Shown piece after piece: positions 8,492 to 17,848 of a stretch of 64,000 nt of DNA. Both the position numbers and the translations under genes were made by a program. Within the stretch, counting starts at the first letter, position 1; every line of letters begins with the position of its first letter. The stretch lies in the NCBI GenBank assembly GCA_022842645.1, contig JALHPE010000002.1:65569-129568 (forward strand), given 5' to 3'. The notes beneath the pieces were generated by a model. The model worked only from the letters and a program-made list of their open reading frames with translations. It was not told where the DNA came from and made no database searches. The DNA is from Minisyncoccota bacterium. GTDB taxonomy: Bacteria > Patescibacteriota > Minisyncoccia > Phycocordibacterales > UBA2100.

Positions 8492-8652
8492 CGCAGGATT
8501 TTACCACCAAGGAGTCGCCCGCGCGCGTATATGAAAACGCTCGCATCTGGGGGTTTCCTGTGATATGAATGGGGACAAGGAAACCAGTTGACAGCTCTGC
8601 ATACACTTGATATAAGGTACATCATAGGAATGTGCTCAAGTCAATTACGACC

Positions 8653-9672
8653 ATGCAATCGTTTCAACCAAAATCAGTAACCAAAGACCTCGTGAACGGC
8701 CTTCCTGACCGCGTCCGGAAGGTGCTCGTTGACCGCTTCGGTCTCCAGGGAGGAGAGGGTAAAACGCTCGAATCTATCGGCAAGGAGTATGGCATTACCC
8801 GTGAGCGCATCCGTCAGATTGAAGGGAGCGGCCTTTCTGCTGTTCGTGAGTCAGATGCCTATACAGAGCATAGCCAAACCCTCGAAGAACTGAAACGGAC
8901 TATTGCGGATTTGGGGGGTATTCTTGCTGAGCATACTATTCTCGCGCATGTTCCGAAGAGTGACGCCGAGCGCAATCACGTGCTCTTTTTACTCACGGTA
9001 GGGCATCATTTCAACGATAAGCGCGAAACGCCCGATTTTCGCCGCCGTTGGCACGTGGATCAGGCACTTGCAGAGTCGGTTGAAGGAGCGCTCCAAGAGC
9101 TTTACGATGCGGTGGACGCCTCAACACTCCTTCCTGAAGACGAATTTCTTGATCTGTTTGGGAAGCACTTAAAGGAAGCAGGGGTAAAAATTCGTGAGGC
9201 AGAAACGATGCTTCGCTGGCTCCAGATTTCAAAGCGTCTTGGCAGGAACCCGCTCGGCGAGTGGGGGAGACTTGAAAGTCCGCATGTGCGCATAAAGAAT
9301 ACCCGTGATTTTGCATACCTTACGCTAAAGCGTCACGGCTCTCCGATGCATTTCACTGAGGTCGCAAAGGGTATTCGCGATCTCTTTAAAAAGAGCGCGC
9401 ATCCTGCAACGACGCACAACGAACTCATTAAAGACGGACGTTTTGTTCTTGTCGGGCGCGGACTCTACGCCCTCCAGGAGTGGGGATATGCTCCCGGGGT
9501 TGTCCGCGAAGTTATCAAGGGTGTGCTTTCACGCGATGGGGCACTTACGCGTGAAGATATTATCGATCGCGTTAAGCGTGAGCGCTATGTCAAAGACGCA
9601 ACCATTGTTGTGAATCTTCAGCACAGCGATTTCAAGCGGACGTCAGATGGTCGCTACACCCTCGGACGTTAA
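8653..9672 (+). CDS. Sigma70 region-4 HTH fused to HARE-HTH/RNAP-delta-like winged helices (CPR-type regulator)
   Basis: RFGL...TLESIGKEYGITRERIRQIE; C-terminal PMHFTEV..TTHNELIKDGRFVLVGRGLYAL; no sigma region 2. Confidence 0.8.
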   Translation: MQSFQPKSVTKDLVNGLPDRVRKVLVDRFGLQGGEGKTLESIGKEYGITRERIRQIEGSGLSAVRESDAYTEHSQTLEELKRTIADLGGILAEHTILAHVPKSDAERNHVLFLLTVGHHFNDKRETPDFRRRWHVDQALAESVEGALQELYDAVDASTLLPEDEFLDLFGKHLKEAGVKIREAETMLRWLQISKRLGRNPLGEWGRLESPHVRIKNTRDFAYLTLKRHGSPMHFTEVAKGIRDLFKKSAHPATTHNELIKDGRFVLVGRGLYALQEWGYAPGVVREVIKGVLSRDGALTREDIIDRVKRERYVKDATIVVNLQHSDFKRTSDGRYTLGR

Positions 9673-9690
9673 CATACTAGATTTATAGAC

Positions 9691-9722
9691 ACAGAGCGCC
9701 GCGCATTCGCGCGGCGCTCTGT
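9691..9722. terminator. Stem-loop after HTH gene
   Basis: ACAGAGCGCCGCGC-attc-GCGCGGCGCTCTGT. Confidence 0.65.
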
Positions 9723-9735
9723 TACAATGGTCGCA

Positions 9736-11190
9736 ATGGCTGAAGAAGCGCACAAGGGATCGCTTATTGATTCGCTGTTCGAGAAGGCCGCGCACTCGAT
9801 AGATAATCTTATTTCAGGAGGTCATGGCGGTCACGGAAGTGGTCACGAACACGGCTTTTTTCATGAGTTTGTTGAGGATCAAATTGGTGGGCGCGGCATT
9901 TCGCGTGGCACATTCCTCTGCGCATTGTTTCTCCCTCTCCTTGTCGCAGTAACCCTTCTCATTCCAGAGTTCCCACGCCTTATGCTTGGATGGATCGCTT
10001 TTGTATTTCCTGTTGCAGGACCAATTGCGTTCGGCTATGGGTTTTGGACATCCTGGATATGGTATGTGCAGTCCAACTTTATTTTTACACGCACCCGCCC
10101 GGTACTTCTTGAAGTAAAAATGCCGCAGGAGATCACCAAATCTCCTCGCGCCATGGAGCAGGTCTTTACGAACCTGTGGATTCGTATGAGTACGACGACC
10201 GTGATCGATCAATACTGGGGCGGTGGTGTCCTGCCATATTTTTCTTTCGAAATAGCCTCATTTGGCGGGCAAGTCCATTTTTATATTTGGTCGAGTAGAG
10301 ACATCCTGAAAAACATTATCGAGACAAATATGTATGCGCAGTATCCGGAAGTGGAAATTGTTGAGGTCGATGATTATGCGGTACGTTTTCATTACGATCA
10401 TCATGAGCATCAGGCGTTTGTGGGGGATTATGCACCAGAGGGGTATGGTATTGCTAAGCATAGCGAGCGGGTAAATGCGTATCCGATCAAGACCTACGTT
10501 GACTTCGAGCTCGATAAAGATCCGAAAGAAGAATTTAAAGTTGATCCACTGTCCTCCGTTCTTGAAGTGTTAAGTGCACTTAATCCTAATGAGCAAGCAT
10601 GGATCCAAATCGTCATACGCGGGCATTTCGGCAAGGGATGGAAAGAGGCAATTCTCGAGGAGATAAAAAAGATCCGACGAGAAGCATCGCTCAACCCAGG
10701 AAAAGAGGAGGCTGGGGAAGATGATGAGAAAAAATACGGCTTTCCTCGCCCAACCTGGCGCGAAACGGAACTTATTCGCTCAATGGAGCGCAATATGAGC
10801 AAGCTCCCGTTTGATTACGGGATGCGAATGGTTTACCTCGCACCGCGTGGCAAACTTCGTGGAGGGGAATACAGCGCCATCCGCTGGATCTGGCGTCCCT
10901 ACGGTAACCCCAACTTCCAAGTCTACATTCGCCCGCGCCATGCTCACAACGATTTCGATTGGCCCTGGCAGGATTTCCGTGGTATCCGCGAAGAGCACGA
11001 AACCCACCGCTATCTCGATGCCTATCGCCGTCGTCAGGTGTTCTATGCTCCCTGGAAAGCGTGGTGGAATACGACGAGCCCTGAAGTCTTGGCAACACTC
11101 TGGCACCCGCCATCGAGCACCGTGCAAGCACCAGGACTTCAGCGCATTCCTTCATCGAAAGCAGAACCACCACCCAACCTTCCACTCTAA
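9736..11190 (+). CDS. Conserved CPR-type membrane protein with His/Gly-rich N-terminus
   Basis: 2 TM; LLEVKMP.EI.KSP.AMEQ, FSFEIASFGG, YAQYPEVEI, YPIKTY, EVLATLWHPP, SSKAEPPPNLP. Confidence 0.75.
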   Translation: MAEEAHKGSLIDSLFEKAAHSIDNLISGGHGGHGSGHEHGFFHEFVEDQIGGRGISRGTFLCALFLPLLVAVTLLIPEFPRLMLGWIAFVFPVAGPIAFGYGFWTSWIWYVQSNFIFTRTRPVLLEVKMPQEITKSPRAMEQVFTNLWIRMSTTTVIDQYWGGGVLPYFSFEIASFGGQVHFYIWSSRDILKNIIETNMYAQYPEVEIVEVDDYAVRFHYDHHEHQAFVGDYAPEGYGIAKHSERVNAYPIKTYVDFELDKDPKEEFKVDPLSSVLEVLSALNPNEQAWIQIVIRGHFGKGWKEAILEEIKKIRREASLNPGKEEAGEDDEKKYGFPRPTWRETELIRSMERNMSKLPFDYGMRMVYLAPRGKLRGGEYSAIRWIWRPYGNPNFQVYIRPRHAHNDFDWPWQDFRGIREEHETHRYLDAYRRRQVFYAPWKAWWNTTSPEVLATLWHPPSSTVQAPGLQRIPSSKAEPPPNLPL

Positions 11191-11198
11191 AACTACGC

Positions 11199-12236
11199 AT
11201 GCAACCACTTCTTACTTCGCTTACAAAAATCCAAGCGTTTACCCTCCGCTTGGGCGAACGATTGGCGAACGATTGGCGAGAACACGCCAATCGCCGCTCA
11301 TTATTTATCATTGCATTTTTAGGTGCAACTCTTCTTGCGGGGTATACATTTTTTATTGCCCCTCCGGCCTATTTTCCTACGGGGAAGTTAATTGCTGTTC
11401 CTGAGGGAGCCTCGGCGCGTAGTATTGGAGAACTCCTGAAAGAACAGGGAGTTGTACGAAGTGGCGTTGCGTTTTCAATCGCAACAACGATTCTTGGGGC
11501 CGATCGCGGTGTGCGAGCAGGAGACTATGTATTCAAGGAGCCAAAAGACCTTTTTGCGGTTGCGCGCGCTATTACCACAGGTGCTTTTGGTTTGGAGCCG
11601 GTTCGTATTCGCATTGCCGAGGGTGCAACCACAGCAGAAATGGCACTACTGTTTGATACTCAGCTTGAGCGTTTTGATGCAGAAGCGTTTAAAAAACTAG
11701 CACAGCCACACGAAGGATTTTTATTTCCTGATACATACTTTTTCTTGCCGAACGCAAATGAGACAGTTGTGTTTGATGCGCTTCGGCAAAATTTCGATTC
11801 AAACATTGCCACGCTGGCCGGAGATATCGAACGTTCGAAACGCTCGCTGACAGAGATTGTCATTATGGCTTCTCTTCTTGAAGAAGAGGCATTTGATTAT
11901 CAGGATCGTCGTCGCATTGCGGGGGTCTTGTGGCGTCGACTCGATATCAATATGCCCCTCCAGGTAGACGCGGCGTTTCTCTATTCTATCGGGAGAACAA
12001 CTTTTGACCTCACAACGAAAGATCTCACCAACAAAGAGGACCCCTATAACACCTATGCGAATAAAGGTCTGCCACCGGGTGCCATAGGCTCTCCCTCACT
12101 TGAGGCGCTGAAAGCCGCGGTCAATCCGATTGATGAAGGGTATCTTTTTTATCTTGCCGATATGAATTTTGATACACATTTCTCGAAGACGTATGAGGAG
12201 CATTTGAGGAAGAAGAGGTTGTATTTGGGCACCTAA
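11199..12236 (+). CDS. mltG: Endolytic transglycosylase MltG
   Basis: EGFLFPDTY, MASLLEEEA, MPLQVDA, PYNTY..GLPPG, YLFY. Confidence 0.95.
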   Translation: MQPLLTSLTKIQAFTLRLGERLANDWREHANRRSLFIIAFLGATLLAGYTFFIAPPAYFPTGKLIAVPEGASARSIGELLKEQGVVRSGVAFSIATTILGADRGVRAGDYVFKEPKDLFAVARAITTGAFGLEPVRIRIAEGATTAEMALLFDTQLERFDAEAFKKLAQPHEGFLFPDTYFFLPNANETVVFDALRQNFDSNIATLAGDIERSKRSLTEIVIMASLLEEEAFDYQDRRRIAGVLWRRLDINMPLQVDAAFLYSIGRTTFDLTTKDLTNKEDPYNTYANKGLPPGAIGSPSLEALKAAVNPIDEGYLFYLADMNFDTHFSKTYEEHLRKKRLYLGT

Positions 12237-12255
12237 CTTAGTAGTGTGTCGTTAT

Positions 12256-13269
12256 ATGAAGGTGTACGTCGGTCTCTCGGGGGGCGTTGATAGTGCGGTT
12301 TCGGCTGCGCTTCTGAAAGAACAAGGCCACCAGGTTATTGGTGCTTTCATCAAGATCTGGCGACCAGAATTCATTGAGTGTCCGTGGCAAAAAGAACGAC
12401 TTGATGCAATGCGTGTGTGCGCATACCTCGGTATTCCATTCAAAGAGATAGATTTATCCGAAGAATACAAAAAAGCCGTCATTGATGATTTGGTCGAACA
12501 GTACGCACATGGTGCAACGCCGAATCCCGATGTGCTCTGCAATCGTCATATCAAGTTTGGTGCATTCAAAGAGTGGGCGTTTCGTGAGGGGGCAGAAAAA
12601 ATAGCAACGGGTCACTATGCACGTACCGACGGCGTCCACCTTATGCGTGGCAAAGACACTAACAAAGATCAGAGTTATTTTTTGTGGCAGCTCACGCGTG
12701 ATGATCTTGCAAAAACAATCTTTCCTGTCGGAGAATATACAAAACCAGACGTGCGCGCACTCGCCGAGCAGTTCAACCTTCCTGTGGCACGAAAACACGA
12801 TAGCCAAGGGCTCTGCTTTGTGGGCGATGTGTCCATGGAAGAATTTCTCGCACGCTATCTTCCTCTAGAAAAAGGTGTAGTGCTCGACGAGTCTGGTGTC
12901 GTGATTGGTGAACATGATGGTGCGGCGTTGTATACACCGGGTAAGCGTCATGGATTCCGTGTTAATCATCCCTCTGCAGAGCGGACAGCGCTCTATGTGA
13001 TTGCTGTCGATACAAAAGCGAACACTATTAGTGTCGCTCCGTCACTCGAGAGTGCGTACGTGCATGAGGTTAGATTGCGTGCGTCTCATTGGATATCTGA
13101 TCCTGCGGAGAAAGTAGTGTCTGCACAAACACGGTATCGCGAAACTCCCATTCACTGTCGCATCGAAGGAGATAAGGTGTTTTTTGAAGAAAGGCACCTT
13201 GCTCCACGTGGACAATCACTCGTCGTATATGATGGTGACAAACTTATTGGTGGCGGAATTATTACGTAA
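12256..13269 (+). CDS. mnmA: tRNA 2-thiouridylase MnmA
   Basis: SGGVDS, TPNPDVLCN, ATGHYA, KDQSYFL, DSQGLCF. Confidence 0.97.
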   Translation: MKVYVGLSGGVDSAVSAALLKEQGHQVIGAFIKIWRPEFIECPWQKERLDAMRVCAYLGIPFKEIDLSEEYKKAVIDDLVEQYAHGATPNPDVLCNRHIKFGAFKEWAFREGAEKIATGHYARTDGVHLMRGKDTNKDQSYFLWQLTRDDLAKTIFPVGEYTKPDVRALAEQFNLPVARKHDSQGLCFVGDVSMEEFLARYLPLEKGVVLDESGVVIGEHDGAALYTPGKRHGFRVNHPSAERTALYVIAVDTKANTISVAPSLESAYVHEVRLRASHWISDPAEKVVSAQTRYRETPIHCRIEGDKVFFEERHLAPRGQSLVVYDGDKLIGGGIIT

Positions 13270-13316
13270 CCCACAGCTTCGTCTCGTAGTGCGCGTGCGC
13301 GCGTTATACTACCTTT

Positions 13317-14189
13317 GTGTCATATGTTCTTATAACAAAAGCTGATGGTGAGCGGGAACCATTTGATCCGCACAAGCTCAACGCATCTCTTCTGCATGCT
13401 GGAGCCTCTGCGCCCGCGCGAGAACATATTTTGGAGCGAATACAAAAAGAACTGCGCGAGGGTATGCGGACCGAAGATATTTATAGCCATGCCTTTGAGT
13501 ATTTGCGTGAAGAAGAGGCGCCCGCTGTTGCTGCGCGGTACTCGGTAAAGCGTGCAATTTTTGCACTCGGTCCCTCAGGATTCCCATTTGAACAATTTTT
13601 GGGAGAAGTACTGCGCGCGCACGGATGGCGTACTAAAACCGGTGTGGCAATGACCGGGCGTTGCGCCCCGCATGAAGTGGACGTGCTTGCAGAGAAAGAT
13701 GGACGGCGTATCGGTATTGAAGCAAAATTTCACAATGAAGCAGGAGGAAAAACAGATATTAAAGACGCCCTGTATGTGAAGGCGCGATTCGAAGATTTGG
13801 CGCGTGCACCCGAATCCTCTATGCGTGTTGATGAAGGATGGCTTGTTACAAACACACGCTTCACACGGAATGCAATTCGGTATGCACGGTGTTCAAACCT
13901 AACGCTCTTGGGGTGGGATTATCCAATGAACAGAGGGCTTCGCACGATGATAGAAACGGCGCGAGTACATCCACTCACTGCGCTCACCACACTTCATGAT
14001 GGTGAAAAGCGTCAACTGCTTGAGAATAATATTGTGCTCTGCAAAAGCGTGCAGGCAAAACATGTGCTCGAGGAGTATGGCGTGAAGCCTGCCCGTATTC
14101 CTGCAATTCTTGAAGAAGCCCGCTATCTCTGCGCGCCTGAGGCTACTGTCTCGCAATTCACACCTCAGGCAGTGGGCGTGCGTGCCTAG
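13317..14189 (+). CDS. ATP-cone domain fused to Mrr-like PD-(D/E)XK restriction endonuclease domain
   Basis: ITKADGEREPFDPHKL (ATP cone); GFPFEQFL, HEVDVLA, IEAKFH, WLVTN. Confidence 0.8.
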   Translation: MSYVLITKADGEREPFDPHKLNASLLHAGASAPAREHILERIQKELREGMRTEDIYSHAFEYLREEEAPAVAARYSVKRAIFALGPSGFPFEQFLGEVLRAHGWRTKTGVAMTGRCAPHEVDVLAEKDGRRIGIEAKFHNEAGGKTDIKDALYVKARFEDLARAPESSMRVDEGWLVTNTRFTRNAIRYARCSNLTLLGWDYPMNRGLRTMIETARVHPLTALTTLHDGEKRQLLENNIVLCKSVQAKHVLEEYGVKPARIPAILEEARYLCAPEATVSQFTPQAVGVRA

Positions 14190-14204
14190 CGTATACTGCG
14201 TCGT

Positions 14205-14660
14205 ATGAACGAGATTGTGATGTTTGGCCAACTTTTCCTCGCAGCATTCTTGGGTCTTGTTGTGGGCACAGAGCGTGCGCTTGTTGCGAAACAGTCGGCA
14301 GGCATGCGCACGTTTGCACTGGTTTCTCTCGGTTCGTGCCTTTTTACACTCGCGGGGATTGCTGTTGGCGGCGAATATTTAGGCTATGTAAACTTTGATC
14401 CGACACGAGTGATGTCAGCGATTGTACAAGGAGTCGGCTTCATCGGTGCCGGGCTCATGTTTGTCCAGGGGAATTCCGTCCACGGCATCACTACAGCTGC
14501 GGGGCTGTGGGTTTCAGCAGCGCTCGGCGTGCTTGTTGCAACCGGCCTCTATCCGCTCGCAATTTTTGCAGCAGCACTAACCCTCCTTATCTTCTTTGGT
14601 CTTTGGCACGTCGAGCATGTATTTAAAGTCTGGTATCACGGAGGGAGTGACGATGAATAG
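14205..14660 (+). CDS. MgtC/SapB family membrane protein
   Basis: GTER, AGMRTFALV, DPTRV, GVGFIGAG, GITTAAGLW. Confidence 0.93.
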   Translation: MNEIVMFGQLFLAAFLGLVVGTERALVAKQSAGMRTFALVSLGSCLFTLAGIAVGGEYLGYVNFDPTRVMSAIVQGVGFIGAGLMFVQGNSVHGITTAAGLWVSAALGVLVATGLYPLAIFAAALTLLIFFGLWHVEHVFKVWYHGGSDDE

Positions 14661-14695
14661 TCGGCGTTGTAAACAACGAATGATATAATTGCGCG

Positions 14696-15493
14696 ATGAG
14701 TGAGTACTATAAGCCGGATCGCAAGCCGGACTGGAACTATGGCGGCCCACGCTGGCGTCTTTCGCGCTCCAAGATCGACCTCTTCGTTGAATGCCCGCGC
14801 TGTTTTTACATCGATAACAAACTTGGCACGGCCCGCCCGCCCGGATTCCCGTTTGCCTTAAACAGTGCCGTAGATGCACTTCTCAAAAAAGAATTCGACA
14901 TTCATCGTGTGGAGAAAAGTGCGCATCCCCTTATGGAGCAGTACGGTATTGATGCGGTACCGTTCGAACATGCGCAGATAGACGTATGGCGCGAAAATTT
15001 CAAAGGTATTGATTACAAACATTCGGCAACAGGTTTTACTGTTTCTGGTGCCATCGACGATGTGTGGGTGACACCCAAAGGCGATCTTCATATCGTGGAT
15101 TACAAATCGACCAGCAAAGACGAAAAGATCGAAGTGTTGGACAAAGATTGGCACGATGGCTACAAGCGTCAGATGGAAGTGTATCAATGGCTTTTCCGCA
15201 GAAATGGATTCACAGTTTCAGATACAGGCTATTTTGTGTATGCAAATGCCGGGAAAGATAAAAAAGCATTTGATGGTGTGCTGGAATTTGAAATAACCAT
15301 CGTGCCGCACAAGGGAAATGATTCTTGGGTTGAACCCACGCTTCTCAAAATTAAAGAATGTTTGGACAGCGAAGCGATTCCAAAACCTGGGGACGACTGC
15401 GATTACTGCATCTATCGCGAAATGGTGGGTAAAAAACTCCAGGCATTCATGCCGGGCACTAAGAAGGCGGGGCAAGGCACTCTCGGGTTATGA
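14696..15493 (+). CDS. PD-(D/E)XK nuclease, Cas4/AddB-like with Cys ligands
   Basis: LSRSK, CPRC, GAIDD, IVDYKST, QMEVYQW, CDYC. Confidence 0.85.
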   Translation: MSEYYKPDRKPDWNYGGPRWRLSRSKIDLFVECPRCFYIDNKLGTARPPGFPFALNSAVDALLKKEFDIHRVEKSAHPLMEQYGIDAVPFEHAQIDVWRENFKGIDYKHSATGFTVSGAIDDVWVTPKGDLHIVDYKSTSKDEKIEVLDKDWHDGYKRQMEVYQWLFRRNGFTVSDTGYFVYANAGKDKKAFDGVLEFEITIVPHKGNDSWVEPTLLKIKECLDSEAIPKPGDDCDYCIYREMVGKKLQAFMPGTKKAGQGTLGL

Positions 15494-15753
15494 AAACCTT
15501 TGCCGACAAAATCCGCGACGTGGTACGAAAAATTCCAAAAGGAAGGACAATGACTTATGCAGAAGTTGCGCGTAAAGCGGGGAATTCAAAAGCAGCGCGT
15601 GCCGTTGGTGCTGTCATGCGTGCAAATAAAAATTACAAAGAGATTCCGTGTCATCGGGTAATTTGCTCCGACGGTAGTCTAGGAAACTACAATCGTCCCG
15701 GTGGAACTGCGACAAAACGAAAAATACTACAAAAAGAGGGTGCATTAAAATGA
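15490..15753 (+). CDS. MGMT family O6-alkylguanine DNA-binding/methyltransferase (C-terminal domain only)
   Basis: IPKG.T.TY, ARAVG, IPCHRV. Confidence 0.9.
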   Translation: MKTFADKIRDVVRKIPKGRTMTYAEVARKAGNSKAARAVGAVMRANKNYKEIPCHRVICSDGSLGNYNRPGGTATKRKILQKEGALK

Positions 15754-15804
15754 CACGAACTGGTGTTTTGTCAATATCCGTGGGCGAGTGCTAGAGTACG
15801 CCCG

Positions 15805-17838
15805 ATGCAAAGGAAGCGCACTCTTGGGGCTCCTCTTCCTGCGGCAAAGCCGCAGGTTTTTACTCTACACGGGAGAAAATGGACCGATGAATATCGCTGG
15901 CTCCAAAAAGCAGATGATCCCGAAGTTCTCTCATACCTGAAAGCTGAAAATGCGTATGCCGAAAAGGCCCTTGCTCCTGCACAGCGTCTCCAAGCAAAAC
16001 TTTACAAAGAAATTCGTTCTCGGGTGAAAGAAAACGACATGTCGGTGCCGGTGAAAGACGGTCCTTATTTCTATTACAGTCGTACAAAGAAGGGTAGAGA
16101 GTATGCGATTCATTGCCGGAAGCGCGGTGAGCGCGGGAAGGAAGAAGTTATTCTTGATGAAAATGAACTTGCCAAAGGATCGGATTATTTTTCGCTTGGC
16201 GCCAGTTCCATTTCCCCAGACCACACACTTCTTGCCTACACGACAGACACAAAAGGTGCGGAAGACCACACGCTCTTCATAAAAAATCTCGCCACGGGCG
16301 AACTCCTCGCCGATCGTATTGAATCGGTTGGGGATATCGAGTGGTCGGAAGATGGTGCGTATCTTTTTTATACGCAGGAAGAACATCCGCATCCTCCGCG
16401 CAAAGTATTCCGCCACCTGCTCGGTTCGTCTAAACCCGACATTCTTATTTTTGACGAGAAGGATCTCCAGTGGTATGTCGGCCTGGGCAAAAGTCGCAGC
16501 AAAAAATATATCTTTATCGGTGGGGGAAACTACACGACGAGCGAGGTGCGCTTTCTGAAAGCCGACGCGCCACTCGAAGCGCCGCGTCTTATCGCAAAAC
16601 GCACGCCTAAAGTACGCTACTCAGTCGAACATCATGGTGATTTTTTCTACATCGCCACCAACGAGCGCGCAGTGAATTTCAAGATAATGCGCACACCTGT
16701 CGAGAAGCCTGACAAGAAACAGTGGGAGACGTGGCTTCCGCATACCCTCAAACGCTCGGTTGTCGGCTTTACGCCGTTTAAAAAATTCCTTGTCCTTACG
16801 ATCCGCGAAGAGGGCTCTGAGGAAATTTATATTTCAACACCCGAAGGCGAGCGTGAGAAAGTGGTGTTTTCTGAAGACGGACACACCATCTCGCTCTGGG
16901 GAGACATGGAATACGAGTCTCCATTCATCCGCATCACGTACGATTCCTTTATCACGCCGAAAACAGCATTTGATTACGACGTTGAAAAAAAGACGTTCAC
17001 GGTGCGTAAACGCCAAGAGGTGCCGTACTACCACAAGAGTAATTTTCTCTCCAAGCGTATCTGGGTAAAAAATGGTGATGTAAAGATCCCCGTCGTCCTT
17101 GCCTACAAGAAAAACGTGAAGAAAAAAGCGCCACTTCTTCTTGAGGCGTACGGCTCCTACGGGATCACGAACGACCCGCATTTCTCCGTCGCGCGCCTCT
17201 CTCTTCTTGAGCGCGGGTGGGTGATTGCGGTTGCGCATCCGCGTGGCGGAGGAGAAATGGGCTGGCATTGGCATAAAGAAGCACATCTCCTGACTAAACA
17301 CCGCACAGGAGAGGACTTCATCGCCGTTGCGAAAAAACTCGTCAAAGATGACTACACGACACGTGAGCGTCTTGCAATTACCGGTGGCTCCGCAGGCGGT
17401 ATGCTTATGGGGCAGGTCTTAAACAAAAATCCAGAACTCTTTGGCGCAGCGGTTTCCTATGTTCCAGCGGCAGATCTCATCACCTCACTTCTCGATGAAA
17501 GCCTTGGAGGAACACGCCTCCACTACGATGAAATCGGAAATCCACGTATTCCACGCCACTTCCGCTACATCTTTAAACAATCGCCGTATGAAAACGTGCG
17601 CGCAGTCGCGTACCCACCAATTCTCGTGCGCGCATCAATGCATGACATTCGCACGCCATACTGGGAAGCTGCGAAGTGGGTTGCGCGCCTTCGCGCGAAG
17701 AAGACTGATACAAATCCACTACTCTTTAAAGTGGAAACCGACGGGGGACATTTTGGCAAAAGCGGGCGCTACGAGTGGATCAAGCACCGAGCGTTTGATT
17801 ATGCATTCCTCCTGGAAACGATGAAGAAAAGGAGCTAG
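15805..17838 (+). CDS. ptrB: Oligopeptidase B (S9A)
   Basis: DEYRWL, YGSYG, RGGGEMG, GGSAGG nucleophile, D and GGH catalytic residues, EAAKWVARLR. Confidence 0.92.
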   Translation: MQRKRTLGAPLPAAKPQVFTLHGRKWTDEYRWLQKADDPEVLSYLKAENAYAEKALAPAQRLQAKLYKEIRSRVKENDMSVPVKDGPYFYYSRTKKGREYAIHCRKRGERGKEEVILDENELAKGSDYFSLGASSISPDHTLLAYTTDTKGAEDHTLFIKNLATGELLADRIESVGDIEWSEDGAYLFYTQEEHPHPPRKVFRHLLGSSKPDILIFDEKDLQWYVGLGKSRSKKYIFIGGGNYTTSEVRFLKADAPLEAPRLIAKRTPKVRYSVEHHGDFFYIATNERAVNFKIMRTPVEKPDKKQWETWLPHTLKRSVVGFTPFKKFLVLTIREEGSEEIYISTPEGEREKVVFSEDGHTISLWGDMEYESPFIRITYDSFITPKTAFDYDVEKKTFTVRKRQEVPYYHKSNFLSKRIWVKNGDVKIPVVLAYKKNVKKKAPLLLEAYGSYGITNDPHFSVARLSLLERGWVIAVAHPRGGGEMGWHWHKEAHLLTKHRTGEDFIAVAKKLVKDDYTTRERLAITGGSAGGMLMGQVLNKNPELFGAAVSYVPAADLITSLLDESLGGTRLHYDEIGNPRIPRHFRYIFKQSPYENVRAVAYPPILVRASMHDIRTPYWEAAKWVARLRAKKTDTNPLLFKVETDGGHFGKSGRYEWIKHRAFDYAFLLETMKKRS

Positions 17839-17848
17839 TATTCGTGAG

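Noticed and set aside
14696-15493. Cas4-like nuclease as evidence of CRISPR-Cas
   Set aside because: No repeat-spacer array or other cas genes; the heptamer arrays are too short-period to be CRISPR
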